Below, one piece after another: positions 34,892 through 45,620 of a DNA stretch of 64,000 bases. Under the pieces are notes generated by a model, which was not told the origin of the DNA, did not search any database, and saw nothing but the letters and a program-made list of their open reading frames with translations. The position numbers and the translations under genes were made by a program. Source of the DNA: an uncultured Gammaproteobacteria bacterium. GTDB lineage: Bacteria; Patescibacteriota; Patescibacteriia; Magasanikbacterales; GWA2-37-8. Every line of letters starts with the position of its first letter. The stretch's first letter is position 1. Location of the stretch: NCBI GenBank assembly GCA_964478235.1, contig CAYZGX010000003.1, forward strand, positions 5,914 through 69,913, in the 5' to 3' direction.

Positions 34892-37255
34892 TTAGCGAGT
34901 GGCGTGGCCACCAAATTGTCCACGAAGAGCGGATAAAACCTTGCCGGTGTAGCTTGGTTTTTTCTCAGATTGTTTGCGGAATTTGACCGAGCCTTCAATA
35001 ATAGGTGCGGCAATCTTTAGCGCTTTAGCAGTGGCCGCTGTCCAGGCGCCTTCGCCGGTTTGAGCCACACTACCAGTTATTTTAGATAGGTCGTTACCAT
35101 GTTCTAGGAAAGCTTTCTCAAGCCATTTGGTGAGGCGCGATTCAATCACACTACCGTTGTTGTAGATAGAAGCAACTTCGGTGAGATCGAGTTTAAAATG
35201 AGCTTTTTTGAGGAGAGCAAACCCTTCGGCAATTGCCTGCATCATACCGTATTCAATACCATTGTGAACCATTTTTACAAAGTGTCCAGCGCCAGTGCCT
35301 GAGAAGAATTGGTAAGCAGTACCATTACTCAAATCGCGGAAGAGGGGGCGAAGCTCTTCAAATACTTTGGCGTTACCACCAATCATGAGACAAGCACCGT
35401 GAAGCGCGCCACGCGGCCCACCAGACGTACCGACATCAAAGAGGTGGATGCCTTTTTTGGCCAAGCGTTTGGCGCGAACAATAGTATCTTTGTAAAACGA
35501 ATTCCCGCCATCAATAATAATATCGCCACGCTTTAAATGGTGCACCAAACCATCGGCTCCAAACAGCATGTCATCAACCGGTTTGCCAGCTGGCACCATG
35601 AGCCAAATAATTTTACGAGGTGGAAGCTTGGCGGTCATCTCAGCCAGGGAAAAAGTTGGGGTGAGCCCCTCTTTGGCTAGCTCTGTAGTGACGCTGGCAG
35701 TGCGGTTGTAGGCGGACACGGTCCAGCCATGAGCGACCAGGCGTCGGCCAACATTAGCCCCCATTTTTCCAAGACCAATCAGGCCGATAGTTTTTGGAAA
35801 CGCTGGTTCATCAACAGAAGGAATATGTTTTTCAGCTGTTAGTACTAATGTTTTTGAATCTGGCTCGTAACTAACCATTGGAACTAGATTTTTTTGCCAC
35901 GCTTCGATAATTGGATCAGTAAATTTCCAAGCAGCTACAACCTCGTCTTTGCTAACAAAAATAGTTTGATCGCCACGGACACAGGAATCAATGAGTTGGG
36001 CATATTCTTCAGCGTATTCTAGCTTGCTCGTCTTCTCGCGAACAAAGAAAGTGAAGGCACGTTCTTCAATCACTGGTTCAAAGCCAGGTTTTTTGGTCCA
36101 AAAACGAATGTTGATCTGGTCGTCGGGGGTGAGGGAAAAAGTTACTGTATTTTTAACGTGGGAATCAGCGGTGCAACCAACGCATGGGGTCGGGTGTTTA
36201 AAAGTAACTACAATATCTTTCTGCATCTCCGGACAGCGTTTGCCAGCTTCAATAATAATCGGTACTCCACGCCAAAGCGGATGATCGAGCTCAGTTTTAA
36301 GACGGAAATAAGTTTCGGTGTCAGAATGAGGGTGTACATTTTCAATTGATTGGTAGCCAGTATGTTGCGCGCGATAGGTATGCTTGCGGAGGGTTTCTTT
36401 GGTCCACGGTACTAATTTGGATAAAAGCTTAGCGCGCTCTTTGCGGAGCCCATCGGCGTTCATCTGAGTTGGGCAATCCATAGTGATAAGCGCGAGCATT
36501 TCGAGCAGGTGATTCTGGCCGACGTCCCGCAGAGCGCCAACCGCATCATAAAACGATCCGCGTTTTTCAACACCGATAGTTTCTAAAATACGCAACTCAA
36601 TTTTTTCAATAGCGCGGTTGTCCCACGATTTTTCCAGTAAATTATTAGAAAAACGGAAATGCAAAATACCTTGGATAAGCTCTTTACCAAGATAATGATC
36701 CAGACGATAAATTTGTTCTTCCTTAAAATAACGACTAATGGTTTTTTCCAGCTGAAGAGCAGTTTTAAGATTGTCGCCAAAAGGTTTTTCAATCATAATG
36801 CGTGTCCAGCCAGCTGGGCCACCGCAGGGTGTATGAAGATTAACCTTAGCAATATTATGAGAAATCGTTTCGTAGGCAGTTGGCGGAACAGCTAAGTAAA
36901 AAAGTTTATTAGTACAAACTTTCCATTGTCCTTCGATGAGCTCAATCTTCTCAACCATGGTCTGGTAGGCCTTGGCCTCGTCAAACGTCCCTTGCTGATA
37001 GGTAAATAATGATAAAAACTTCTCAAATTGCTCAGGAGTTTTGGCGATATGCGTCTGCAGAGAAAACATTTTTTCAACTTCAGCACGAAAATCAAGGTCG
37101 CTATAGGGGCGACGAGCAAAACCGATAATCTTAAAATCTTCTGGCAAGCGCTTGTTTTGGAATAAGTGCCAAAGAGCGGGGATAATTTTTCGCTTCATAA
37201 GGTCGCCTGTCGCGCCCATGATGATAAAAATAGTTGGAGCTTTAGTAATAGGCAT
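34892..37255 (-). CDS. Bifunctional fusion: glucose-6-phosphate 1-dehydrogenase (N) + NAD(P)-dependent 6-phosphogluconate dehydrogenase, short Gnd-like form (C)
   Basis: N-terminal IFIIMGATGDLMKRKIIPALW (G6PD dinucleotide motif) and G6PD C-domain. From ~aa 490, IGLIGLGKMGANVGRRL Rossmann plus 6PGDH catalytic region. Single uninterrupted 787-aa ORF. Confidence 0.85.
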   Translation of the reverse strand: MPITKAPTIFIIMGATGDLMKRKIIPALWHLFQNKRLPEDFKIIGFARRPYSDLDFRAEVEKMFSLQTHIAKTPEQFEKFLSLFTYQQGTFDEAKAYQTMVEKIELIEGQWKVCTNKLFYLAVPPTAYETISHNIAKVNLHTPCGGPAGWTRIMIEKPFGDNLKTALQLEKTISRYFKEEQIYRLDHYLGKELIQGILHFRFSNNLLEKSWDNRAIEKIELRILETIGVEKRGSFYDAVGALRDVGQNHLLEMLALITMDCPTQMNADGLRKERAKLLSKLVPWTKETLRKHTYRAQHTGYQSIENVHPHSDTETYFRLKTELDHPLWRGVPIIIEAGKRCPEMQKDIVVTFKHPTPCVGCTADSHVKNTVTFSLTPDDQINIRFWTKKPGFEPVIEERAFTFFVREKTSKLEYAEEYAQLIDSCVRGDQTIFVSKDEVVAAWKFTDPIIEAWQKNLVPMVSYEPDSKTLVLTAEKHIPSVDEPAFPKTIGLIGLGKMGANVGRRLVAHGWTVSAYNRTASVTTELAKEGLTPTFSLAEMTAKLPPRKIIWLMVPAGKPVDDMLFGADGLVHHLKRGDIIIDGGNSFYKDTIVRAKRLAKKGIHLFDVGTSGGPRGALHGACLMIGGNAKVFEELRPLFRDLSNGTAYQFFSGTGAGHFVKMVHNGIEYGMMQAIAEGFALLKKAHFKLDLTEVASIYNNGSVIESRLTKWLEKAFLEHGNDLSKITGSVAQTGEGAWTAATAKALKIAAPIIEGSVKFRKQSEKKPSYTGKVLSALRGQFGGHATR

Positions 37256-37265
37256 AGAGTATCAG

Positions 37266-38393
37266 CTATTTTTTAGTTTGATGAATAGTAAAATAATATG
37301 CGGCAATAAAAGTGGTTACTGGCACGGCGATAATGAGAGTAGAGCTGCCAACCAAGGTACGAACAATTTCTTCGGCAATAAAATTACTGTTGAGGAGTAG
37401 GGATAACGACTGTGTTTTGTTGAGATTAAATAAAAGAAGAAGAGGGAAGGAGACGCCAACGTACGCTAAAACCAGCGTATTAACTAAGGAGGCAATATGT
37501 TCGCGACCAATAGACAAGCCGCTTTTCCAAAGTTCACGAAAAGTCAGGCGGTTGTTGGCACTATAGATTTCTTCAATGGCGGCAGTTTGGCTAGTGGTAA
37601 TATCATCAAGCACGCCCAAAACCCCAATAATAATAGAGCCGAGAAGTAGGCCCCGTAAGTTAAGTGAAGTATTATCAAGCTGAAGATAAAAAGCTTCCTC
37701 GGTGCCTCCGCCGGTGAGACCAGCCAGCCAGACAAAAACAACATCGAGCCCCACAGCCACGGCGAGACATAAAAGCGTTGAAATAAGAGCTAAGGTGGTG
37801 CGACGATTAAAACCATGCGACAAATAAAGTGAAATAAACGAGATAGCTACGGCTCCAAGAAGACAGGCGATGAACGGGTCAGCGCCGGCGAGAATACGCG
37901 GAACAACACCATAGAAAATAACGAATACGGTAAAGACCAGACCGAGAATAGAAGTAAGGCCACGAGTTCGCCCAAAGATTATAGCCAGGGCAAAAAAGAA
38001 AAGCACTAATAAAATAAGTCGAGGGGTGCGATAGATGTCAGTAATGTAATAAAAATCAGGACGTGATCCTTCGGTGGGGGCAGGTTTGGCCACAATGACT
38101 GTGTCATCAACAGAAAAAGTTCGAAACTGACCAATAATAAACGAGCCGCCATGATCAATAGTGATGGTTTTGCCTTTTTCGGCTCCGCTTTGAATGATTA
38201 ATTTGAGGAGTTGGCGTTTTTGAAGGGCGCCATCTACCTCATAGGTAGATTCTTCTACAAGTTCAACTACCCGAGCTGTCGCATAGGTATCGGATTGTGG
38301 CTCAGTCGGGCCTTCAACAGCTGAGGCTCGGGATAGTGGGATACTAAGAAGGGTAAAAACAGTTAAAAACAGAAAAATGGGGCGGAAACGCAT
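37266..38393 (-). CDS. YibE/F-family membrane protein
   Basis: Signal plus extracytoplasmic N-domain followed by a multi-TM core. Pattern consistent with the YibE/F family. Confidence 0.6.
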   Translation of the reverse strand: MRFRPIFLFLTVFTLLSIPLSRASAVEGPTEPQSDTYATARVVELVEESTYEVDGALQKRQLLKLIIQSGAEKGKTITIDHGGSFIIGQFRTFSVDDTVIVAKPAPTEGSRPDFYYITDIYRTPRLILLVLFFFALAIIFGRTRGLTSILGLVFTVFVIFYGVVPRILAGADPFIACLLGAVAISFISLYLSHGFNRRTTLALISTLLCLAVAVGLDVVFVWLAGLTGGGTEEAFYLQLDNTSLNLRGLLLGSIIIGVLGVLDDITTSQTAAIEEIYSANNRLTFRELWKSGLSIGREHIASLVNTLVLAYVGVSFPLLLLFNLNKTQSLSLLLNSNFIAEEIVRTLVGSSTLIIAVPVTTFIAAYYFTIHQTKK

Positions 38394-38514
38394 AGGGGAA
38401 AGGCTAGAATATATACTTCACTGTAGCACACCAAAGCTTTCTAAGAAAGATGCCTGAAGGCTGGACTTTTAGCTGGAAAGTGGATAGTATGGAAGCACTA
38501 GTTATCAAGGTTTT

Positions 38515-38958
38515 ATGCTTTCAGCCGTCACCAACAATCCAATCTTTGATGGGTCTGCTAAACGGGTAGGTATTGTTGTTGCCCGCTTTAATCAGGCTAT
38601 TACCGACGCCCTCCTGGCTTCGGCTAAAAGCTATTTGGCTGACTGCGGGGTTCCGGAGAGTTCAATTGCTATTATTTCAGTCGCTGGTTGTGGGGAAGTG
38701 CCGTTTGCTCTGCAAAAATTAGCCAAAACTAAGCAATTTGATTGTCTCGTCGCCCTTGGTTGTGTTATTAGGGGTGAAACACCTCATTTTGACTATGTCT
38801 GCAAAATGGTACAAGAAGGGGTGCTGCAGGTGTCGCTCGATGAGAGTATTCCAGTTGGTTTTGGGGTTATAACGGTTCTCACTATGGAGCAGGCGGAGGC
38901 TCGTACCGGGCTTGGCGCCCAAGCGACAAGCGCTGCTTTGGAACTTGCCCTATTATAA
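38515..38958 (+). CDS. ribH: 6,7-dimethyl-8-ribityllumazine synthase
   Basis: RVGIVVARFNQAITDALL...VPGAFE-like core (ISVAGCGEVPFA...GCVIRGETPHFDYVC). 147 aa. Confidence 0.9.
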   Translation: MLSAVTNNPIFDGSAKRVGIVVARFNQAITDALLASAKSYLADCGVPESSIAIISVAGCGEVPFALQKLAKTKQFDCLVALGCVIRGETPHFDYVCKMVQEGVLQVSLDESIPVGFGVITVLTMEQAEARTGLGAQATSAALELALL

Positions 38959-38990
38959 AAAACCACCCAGTAGTCGGGTGGTTTTTTAGT
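38957..38990 (+). terminator. Intrinsic terminator after ribH
   Basis: AACCACCC-agtagtc-GGGTGGTT followed by TTTTAGTTTTATTTTTT. Confidence 0.65.
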
Positions 38991-38991
38991 T

Positions 38992-39645
38992 TTATTTTTT
39001 TAGCACCGTCGGCAAGCGAATTTTTGTGCCAGCAAAATGAAGATAGAGCATGGTACTTAAGACGGCCGCATAGAAACACCAGACCGAAGAAAAATTGACC
39101 GCATAAAAATATCCGGCGATAAGAGCAAAAGCAGATAGTACTAAAGAAAAAATATTCATGATGCGCTTGCTTGAAAAAATACCCGCACCAAGAGCGGTGA
39201 AAGTGTAGAGAAGCAGCATTACCCCTGGGAGCGGGCTGGTGTAATTGTAATATACACAGCGATTAACGATTGTCGCTGGCTCAGGATTAATTAAAAACGA
39301 TCCGTAGATAGTAATCCCAACCACCAGACCAAGGCCAAGAAGGCCGAGCATAATTTTTTTACGTGGTGGGTCGTCTTCGAGAGCATAGGCAACTATCGGC
39401 ATGTATACCGGCCACCAAAAAAAAGCAAAAAACAAAAATAAATAGGTCATGACCATGGTGTCTTCGGTCATTCGACCACCAATGGTAAGCCACAAAATCC
39501 CCTCAATCGCTTGTTGAAGAGCAAAAACCAAAGGAATGACTGCGAGTGGTAATTCCCGTCTATCTTTAGCGTGAGACAGTGTTGCTGCCCCGATTATTCC
39601 GAGTGCGGCGCTGGCGGTAAAACTAGCTGTAGCTGAAAAACACAT
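38992..39645 (-). CDS. Hypothetical polytopic membrane protein
   Basis: ~7 predicted TM helices. No recognisable motif. Confidence 0.45.
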   Translation of the reverse strand: MCFSATASFTASAALGIIGAATLSHAKDRRELPLAVIPLVFALQQAIEGILWLTIGGRMTEDTMVMTYLFLFFAFFWWPVYMPIVAYALEDDPPRKKIMLGLLGLGLVVGITIYGSFLINPEPATIVNRCVYYNYTSPLPGVMLLLYTFTALGAGIFSSKRIMNIFSLVLSAFALIAGYFYAVNFSSVWCFYAAVLSTMLYLHFAGTKIRLPTVLKK

Positions 39646-39647
39646 AG

Positions 39648-40178
39648 TTAAACTAATAAATGGGCGTAACTCTGGCGCAGCTTGGTAAGTTTAGGATTGA
39701 TAACTGCTTGGCAGTAGCCCATCTCACTATTATTCTTATAATAATTTTGATGGTAGTCTTCAGCTTTATAAAAATCAGTTGCTGGAGTAATTTCAGTGAC
39801 GATGGGTTTTTGAAAAACACCGGCTCGCGTTAGTTCGGCAATATACTCGCGGATAATCTGTTCTTGTTCAGCCGAGGTATAAAAAATACTCGAGCGATAT
39901 TGTGTACCGACATCATTACCTTGGCGGTTGAGACTGGTTGGGTCATGAGTGGTAAAAAAAACCGCTAACAAATCGCGAAGGGAAACTATCTCTGGATCAA
40001 ACGTCACACGGACCACTTCAGCATGGAGAGAGGTGCCAGTTGAAACTTCTTCGTAAGTAGGGTGTGGCTTGGTTCCGCCCATATAGCCAGAGGTGACACT
40101 CGTGACCCCACGAAGCATTTGAAAAACCGCTTCCATACACCAAAAACAACCACCGCCGAAAATAATTGCATTAGACAT
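39648..40178 (-). CDS. msrA: Peptide methionine-S-sulfoxide reductase MsrA
   Basis: Active site GGGCFWCME. 176 aa. Confidence 0.95.
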   Translation of the reverse strand: MSNAIIFGGGCFWCMEAVFQMLRGVTSVTSGYMGGTKPHPTYEEVSTGTSLHAEVVRVTFDPEIVSLRDLLAVFFTTHDPTSLNRQGNDVGTQYRSSIFYTSAEQEQIIREYIAELTRAGVFQKPIVTEITPATDFYKAEDYHQNYYKNNSEMGYCQAVINPKLTKLRQSYAHLLV

Positions 40179-40545
40179 GTTCTTTTTCTTCAGGAATAAA
40201 CTTCAGAGACAGTGAATTGACGCAGTGGCGAGTATTTTTGGCGGTAAAACCTTCGCCTTCAAAAACATGGCCGAGATGTCCGCCGCAGGTGGCGCACGTA
40301 ATTTCGATACGGTGACCGTCGGCATCGGTAAGGCGCTTCACAGCGCCAGAAATTTCTTGATCAAAGCTTGGCCACCCGCAACCAGAATGAAATTTGGCTG
40401 TGGAAGTGTAGAGGGGAGAGCTGCAGCGACGACACGTATAGGTGCCGGGAACAAAAAAATCATCATACTCACCGGTGCCAGGAGCTTCGGTGCCTTTGTG
40501 AACAATGACTTTTTCTTCCTCAGGGGTGAGTGGGTTGAGTTGCAT
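40171..40545 (-). CDS. msrB: Peptide methionine-R-sulfoxide reductase MsrB
   Basis: Zn-binding CxxC pairs (RCSSPLY...; [12 protein letters not shown]). Catalytic region [10 protein letters not shown]. Overlaps msrA by 8 nt. Confidence 0.95.
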   Translation of the reverse strand: MQLNPLTPEEEKVIVHKGTEAPGTGEYDDFFVPGTYTCRRCSSPLYTSTAKFHSGCGWPSFDQEISGAVKRLTDADGHRIEITCATCGGHLGHVFEGEGFTAKNTRHCVNSLSLKFIPEEKEHV

Positions 40546-40606
40546 ACCAACAAAAGAGAACTGCTGGTAGTTTAGCAGAAAAAAGAGGTATGGACAATGC
40601 GAAGTC

Positions 40607-41326
40607 TTACTTCGAGCGCCGCACTAAGCGAACAAAATGACGAAAGATGCCAGTTTTTTCAATGAGTGGATTAATCCAGCCGTTCGTAATGCAGAAATAG
40701 GAAGCAAACGGAGCGGTATGGTGTAATTCGTGACGAGCAGGGGATAAAATAACGTTGTATTTTTGAAGAATGGTGACAAAAGTTGGTCGAGTCGTCGCGT
40801 GTGCCCACTTATGAATTTGGTTAGTTAAAAAAATAAACAAAACAAACAGAGCGACAAATAATCCTAAGAGCCAATAAAAGAGAGAGGTAGTAAAAGGCAC
40901 ATAATAATAAGTGGGAACAAGAGCTGACAAAGAAATGAGGCAGTTGTTGCCGTTCACTTGAAGAAAGCCGTGTCGGGTGATAGCCATTTGGTCAACATGA
41001 TGTTCTCGAAATGGAAAAATAAAATGCGGCCCCAAAAAAGGCGTTTTCGGGTCACCAAAAGTGTCACCAAGAAAATGAACCAAACCAGAAACAAAGTCGG
41101 CCGTCAGATAGCCGAGAACAATAGTGAGCAAGGATGACCATAAAATAGTGTACCAAGAAGAGTTTGGGAGAGTTGCTCCAAGCGCGAGCACCAGACGAAT
41201 GAGATAGTAGAAAAAAGCCATGACAGCACTAATTTCGATGAGTTGATAGGGGTGAAAACGAGATAAAGACATAAAAAAAGCCGTAAGTACGCTAATGAGC
41301 GTAACATACGGCTCCATTGTTTTCAA
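40607..41326 (-). CDS. His-box integral membrane protein, fatty-acid desaturase/hydroxylase-like (possibly TMEM189/CarF-type)
   Basis: Histidine clusters FREHHVDQ...TRH, HKWAH and ARHELHH within a 4-6 TM protein. Family assignment tentative. Confidence 0.4.
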   Translation of the reverse strand: MKTMEPYVTLISVLTAFFMSLSRFHPYQLIEISAVMAFFYYLIRLVLALGATLPNSSWYTILWSSLLTIVLGYLTADFVSGLVHFLGDTFGDPKTPFLGPHFIFPFREHHVDQMAITRHGFLQVNGNNCLISLSALVPTYYYVPFTTSLFYWLLGLFVALFVLFIFLTNQIHKWAHATTRPTFVTILQKYNVILSPARHELHHTAPFASYFCITNGWINPLIEKTGIFRHFVRLVRRSK

Positions 41327-41341
41327 GCCCGAAAAGTCTAG

Positions 41342-41734
41342 CTAATTGAAGTTGATAATGAAGTTATACATGCCCATTGAGCAGGTGCCTTGGAGGGCTG
41401 TGCCAGGCTGCTGAGGAGGAATAATCATTTCTTTTTCGCCGGTTGATGGTAAAAAAGCCTGTAGTTTTAGACTGGGAATTCGGACGGCTGAAGAGCAATC
41501 AAAAGTACCGTTAGTTTTAAAAATCAGAGTGGTTGGCATGTTGGCTTTGGCAAATGAGGTGCGAGGAAAGTAGCCACCCTTAACATTCAAGGTGATACTT
41601 TGGGCACCGTCGGCTTCTGTAACATTAGATCCCCCAGTAGTATTTGTTGGTGACTCATTTTTGTTACCTGAGAAAAGCAAAAAACCAAGCAGGGCAACTA
41701 AAAAGATGGTAATAAGAGAAGCAGTATATTTCAT
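41342..41734 (-). CDS. Exported cupredoxin-like domain protein (CopA-associated small protein family)
   Basis: Signal/anchor, then ITLNVKGGYFPRTSFAKANMPTTLIFKTNGTFDCSS...LQGTCSMGMYNFIINF. Matches the 'KGG.F.P…C…C.MGM' pattern of cupredoxin_1-type proteins that accompany Cu-ATPases. Confidence 0.5.
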   Translation of the reverse strand: MKYTASLITIFLVALLGFLLFSGNKNESPTNTTGGSNVTEADGAQSITLNVKGGYFPRTSFAKANMPTTLIFKTNGTFDCSSAVRIPSLKLQAFLPSTGEKEMIIPPQQPGTALQGTCSMGMYNFIINFN

Positions 41735-41736
41735 AG

Positions 41737-42771
41737 TTAAAAAGTGATAAGTGATGGAAGTATTCCTGCACCTGCTAAGCTAGTTAGGATGTTGAGGATA
41801 GCGAAAGCGATAACGATAAGACCAGCACTTTTGAAAAACACCCCAGCATGACGACTTTCTTTGATGCTAAGAGAGCTGAAGCTTACTAATGCTAACACAG
41901 GCAGTGTCCCCAGAGCAAAAGCAAACATGGTGAGAGCGCCGGTCAAAAAAGTACCAGTCGAAAGAGCAAAGACCTGCATTGATTGGGTGAAACCACATGG
42001 CAGGAAGAAAGTTGCTGTCCCAACAAGAAGCGGAGTAAGGGTGTGATTTATTTTTACCAAATTAAGAGCTCGTGTACCAATAAACTTTGGCATAGAGAGC
42101 TGTAGTTTTTTGGCCGCTGGAGTGATGTCTAATAAATTAAAACCTAAGAGCAACATCACTACCCCGACAAACAGGGATAGTATGAGTGTGCCGGTAATAC
42201 CGAGCTGAAAAAGCGAACCAATAGATCCAAGCGCCCCACCAAGAATAAAGAACGAAATAAGGCGCCCTAGGTGGAAAAGCATTTGCGGTCGAACAGAGTC
42301 TCCTTTTTTCGCAAAAGTCGCCGACATAGATAAGACAAGACCGCCAACAATTGCCATACAAGTGGATAGTGAGGCGACAATTCCTATAACAAAAGCTGTT
42401 CCATAGGTGACACGACTGGTATCTACCAGCTGGACAACGCCTAATTTTTGTAAAATAATGAAAAGAATAATAAAACCCAAGGCAATAGGGACTGCTTTAG
42501 AAAAATCTTTCCAGTTATTTTTTGTAAGCTCAGGTTGTGTGGCGAGTGTGTAGCCGTGCTTGGTAAGAAGTGGTGAAAGCTCTCGAGCAATTTCATCTGG
42601 AGACATGCCGGGAAAATTTCCGTAGATATCAACAGTGCGAGAAGCGAGATCAGAAGTCGCTGAGACGACTTTAGCGTGTTCGGCGAGTTCGCTTTCGGTC
42701 AAAATAACACAAGCCTGACAGTGCATGCCGTGGACATAGAGAGTGCATTTTTGTGGAGCAGTATCTGACAT
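41737..42771 (-). CDS. HMA (heavy-metal-associated) domain fused to a DsbD_2/CcdA-like polytopic membrane protein
   Basis: N-terminal LYVHGMHCQACV (GMxCxxC). About 8 TM helices with Cys in TM segments (LSTCMAIV; FFLPCGF). Confidence 0.6.
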   Translation of the reverse strand: MSDTAPQKCTLYVHGMHCQACVILTESELAEHAKVVSATSDLASRTVDIYGNFPGMSPDEIARELSPLLTKHGYTLATQPELTKNNWKDFSKAVPIALGFIILFIILQKLGVVQLVDTSRVTYGTAFVIGIVASLSTCMAIVGGLVLSMSATFAKKGDSVRPQMLFHLGRLISFFILGGALGSIGSLFQLGITGTLILSLFVGVVMLLLGFNLLDITPAAKKLQLSMPKFIGTRALNLVKINHTLTPLLVGTATFFLPCGFTQSMQVFALSTGTFLTGALTMFAFALGTLPVLALVSFSSLSIKESRHAGVFFKSAGLIVIAFAILNILTSLAGAGILPSLITF

Positions 42772-42773
42772 AG

Positions 42774-45038
42774 TTATAACTTTTTAGCTTTTAAACGAAG
42801 CGAATTAGAAACAACGGACACGCTGGAAAAAGCCATGGCTAAACCAGCAAAGATTGGGTTGAGCAGCCAACCAAAGAGGGGGTAAAAAGCCCCGCCAGCT
42901 AAAGGGATACCAACGACATTAAAGATAAAAGCCCAGAATAGATTTTGTTTGACGGTTCGCATGGTTGCTTTGGAGAGAGTGATAACCTGAGCGATTTTAT
43001 GAATATCACCGTGGAGTAAGGTTACCCCAGCCGACTCAATCGCCACATCAGTGCCGGTGGCCATAGCAATACCAACATTAGCTTGTGCCAAAGCTGGTGC
43101 GTCGTTGACGCCATCGCCGGCCATAGCGACGATTTGACCACGCGATTGCAACTCTTTAATTTTAAGAGCCTTTTCTTGGGGGGTCACTTCTGAAAAAACG
43201 GTTGTAATACCAGCTTGGTTCGCAATAAAGTTGGCTGCCAGGGCGTTATCGCCAGTAAGAAGAACGAGAGACAGTCCTTTTTTGCGAAGTGTGGCGATTT
43301 CTTCGGCAATGCCTTTTTTGAGAGTGTCGCTCAGAGCGATATAGCCAATAACGGTATCATTTTTTTCTACCACCACAACTGTTTTTCCTTGTTTTTGTAA
43401 TTCTGTCATTTGAGTCGAGCTGTCTTTTGCGGAAGGTTTGCGAACTCGTACTGTCGCGCCCTCGATCTTGGCAGTCACACCAACCCCAGCCTCGGACATA
43501 AAATCAGAAGCGCTGGCAAGAAGGAGAGATTTTTTATAAGCGTCAAGAACAATCGCTTCAGCCAGTGGATGTTCAGATTTTTTTTCTACACTAGCTGCCA
43601 AACGAATAATTTCTTGCTCAGTAAACGATGAAGTCAGAGAAATACTATCGGTTACCTCGGGAACACCTTTGGTCAGAGTACCTGTTTTATCAAAAACAAT
43701 AGTGGTAACTGTACTTAAACGTTGAAGCGATTCGGCATCTTTAATGAGAATACCATACTCCGCCCCTTTGCCAACGCCGACAATAATTGCGGTTGGAGTG
43801 GCGAGCCCGAGAGCGCATGGGCAGGCAATGATTAAGATACCAACAAAAGAAACGATAGCGTAAGACAAAGCCACTTGCTGTCCAAAAATAGGGATGCCGA
43901 TGAGTAGCCAAAGAATAAACGAAAGGAGGGCTAAGCCGAGCACTACTGGCACAAAAACACCAGAAATAGTATCAGCTAGAGCTTGAATAGGAGCCTTTGA
44001 CCCTTGGGCTTCTTGAACAAAACGAATAATCTGTGAAAGCAGAGTATTCTCGCCAACCTTGGTTGCTTTAAAGATAATATGCCCCTGTTTATTAATGGTT
44101 GAACCGATCACCATGTTGCCAACAGTTTTATCAACCGGAATAGATTCGCCAGTCACCATCGCTTCATCAACCGAGGTTGCCCCCTCAAGAATAATTCCGT
44201 CAACAGGAATTTTAGAGCCTGGTTTTACAATAATGCTATCACCAACGATGACTTGGTCGATAGGCAACTCAATTTCCTTGCCATCTCGCAGAACGAGAGC
44301 AGTTTTTGCCTGAAGACCGAGTAATTTTTCAATCGCTTCACCAGTTTGAAGTTTGGAGCGAGCTTCCAAATATTTTCCGAGCGTGACAAAACCAATAACT
44401 ACGATAACTACATCAAAATAAGTGTACTCAGGTAAACGAATAAGCTGTCGTACCGACGGCAGAAGGGTGATAATAGTGCTATAGAGAAAAGCTGACAGAG
44501 TGCCGATGCCAATCAAGGTGTCCATATTCGCGACACGAAAGCGAATAAACCGAGAGACACCAAGAATAAATGGCTGGCCCACCCAAAACAATACAATACT
44601 AGAAAGAATAAGAGAGATAGTGTTAAACAAATCCATTGGAATAGGTAGATTCGGCACACTCAAAAAAGTACGAGCCGAAATATCCCACATCATGAGGAAA
44701 AAAACGAGAAGAGTAACAGGTAAAACAAAATGAGTTTTTGCCTGGAGGAGCTCCAGCTCTTGTTTTTTGACTTCTTTAGTCGTGGTAAGGCCAGTATGTT
44801 GGCTGTGATCCATCTGAGCTTGTTGATTGGCAGGGGAGAGGGTGTAGCCGAGCTGTTGAATCTCGGCGTTCATAGCTTCAAGCGATATTTTTTCAGGAGA
44901 AAAATCAACATGAGCTTTTTCGGTAGCGTAATTTACCTCGGCGCTTGCTACGCCGGGAAGCTTGCGTAATTTTTTGCCGATGACCAGCGAACAGCTGGCA
45001 CAGTGCATGCCTCGGACATCAAAAATATGTTCCGACAT
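42774..45038 (-). CDS. copA: Copper-translocating P1B-type ATPase
   Basis: N-terminal HMA GMHCASC. CPC motif ACPCALGLATP. DKTGTLT. GDGVNDAPAL. ORF opens at 45095. Likely start is MSEHIF at 45038. Confidence 0.95.
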   Translation of the reverse strand: MSEHIFDVRGMHCASCSLVIGKKLRKLPGVASAEVNYATEKAHVDFSPEKISLEAMNAEIQQLGYTLSPANQQAQMDHSQHTGLTTTKEVKKQELELLQAKTHFVLPVTLLVFFLMMWDISARTFLSVPNLPIPMDLFNTISLILSSIVLFWVGQPFILGVSRFIRFRVANMDTLIGIGTLSAFLYSTIITLLPSVRQLIRLPEYTYFDVVIVVIGFVTLGKYLEARSKLQTGEAIEKLLGLQAKTALVLRDGKEIELPIDQVIVGDSIIVKPGSKIPVDGIILEGATSVDEAMVTGESIPVDKTVGNMVIGSTINKQGHIIFKATKVGENTLLSQIIRFVQEAQGSKAPIQALADTISGVFVPVVLGLALLSFILWLLIGIPIFGQQVALSYAIVSFVGILIIACPCALGLATPTAIIVGVGKGAEYGILIKDAESLQRLSTVTTIVFDKTGTLTKGVPEVTDSISLTSSFTEQEIIRLAASVEKKSEHPLAEAIVLDAYKKSLLLASASDFMSEAGVGVTAKIEGATVRVRKPSAKDSSTQMTELQKQGKTVVVVEKNDTVIGYIALSDTLKKGIAEEIATLRKKGLSLVLLTGDNALAANFIANQAGITTVFSEVTPQEKALKIKELQSRGQIVAMAGDGVNDAPALAQANVGIAMATGTDVAIESAGVTLLHGDIHKIAQVITLSKATMRTVKQNLFWAFIFNVVGIPLAGGAFYPLFGWLLNPIFAGLAMAFSSVSVVSNSLRLKAKKL

Positions 45039-45042
45039 ATAA

Positions 45043-45603
45043 TTATAGTTTATACCAAGCCTTGCGCCAATCGCCGAGCATAGTAATACCACCACTTAAA
45101 AAGGCTTCCACCGCATCAGCGTTGTTCAGAATTTCTGAACGAGTGGATTTAAGACGAGCGTCTTTGGTCATTAAGACCCCAACCTGATGATGGCTAATAA
45201 CAGCATTAAGAAAACGAAGATCAAAAGTTGTGTCATAGGCGCCCAAGCGAGGGACGATTGGGTCAGCTACCGCGCGAGTGTCGTTGTACCAGTCTTTTTT
45301 CCATTGGTAGAGCTCAGCAATCGCCTTTGGCTCATCAACTAGAATCGCTGTAGCGAGATTTTTAACCTCAGGGCGTTCGCTTTTAAGAGCCTGTTCAGCG
45401 ACAAGCATCGCTCCACGATGGTGGGCAATCATAGCGTTGATATAGCGCAAATCAAGCCATTTATCAGCTGGACCTAAATCCATAGTGTTTTTATCGTACA
45501 TCGCCAATCGATATTCAGGAGTGAGATAATAGCCAATACCAATTCCGAGCACTAATGAAACAACCATGAGCGAAGCGGCAAGGTAGAGCGAGATTTTTGC
45601 CAT
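45043..45603 (-). CDS. DUF305-family (CopM-like) protein with signal/anchor
   Basis: Two repeats with the HH motif (MIAHHRGAM; VISHHQVGV), typical of DUF305. Confidence 0.75.
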   Translation of the reverse strand: MAKISLYLAASLMVVSLVLGIGIGYYLTPEYRLAMYDKNTMDLGPADKWLDLRYINAMIAHHRGAMLVAEQALKSERPEVKNLATAILVDEPKAIAELYQWKKDWYNDTRAVADPIVPRLGAYDTTFDLRFLNAVISHHQVGVLMTKDARLKSTRSEILNNADAVEAFLSGGITMLGDWRKAWYKL

Positions 45604-45620
45604 AGAAGTATAGTTAAAAA

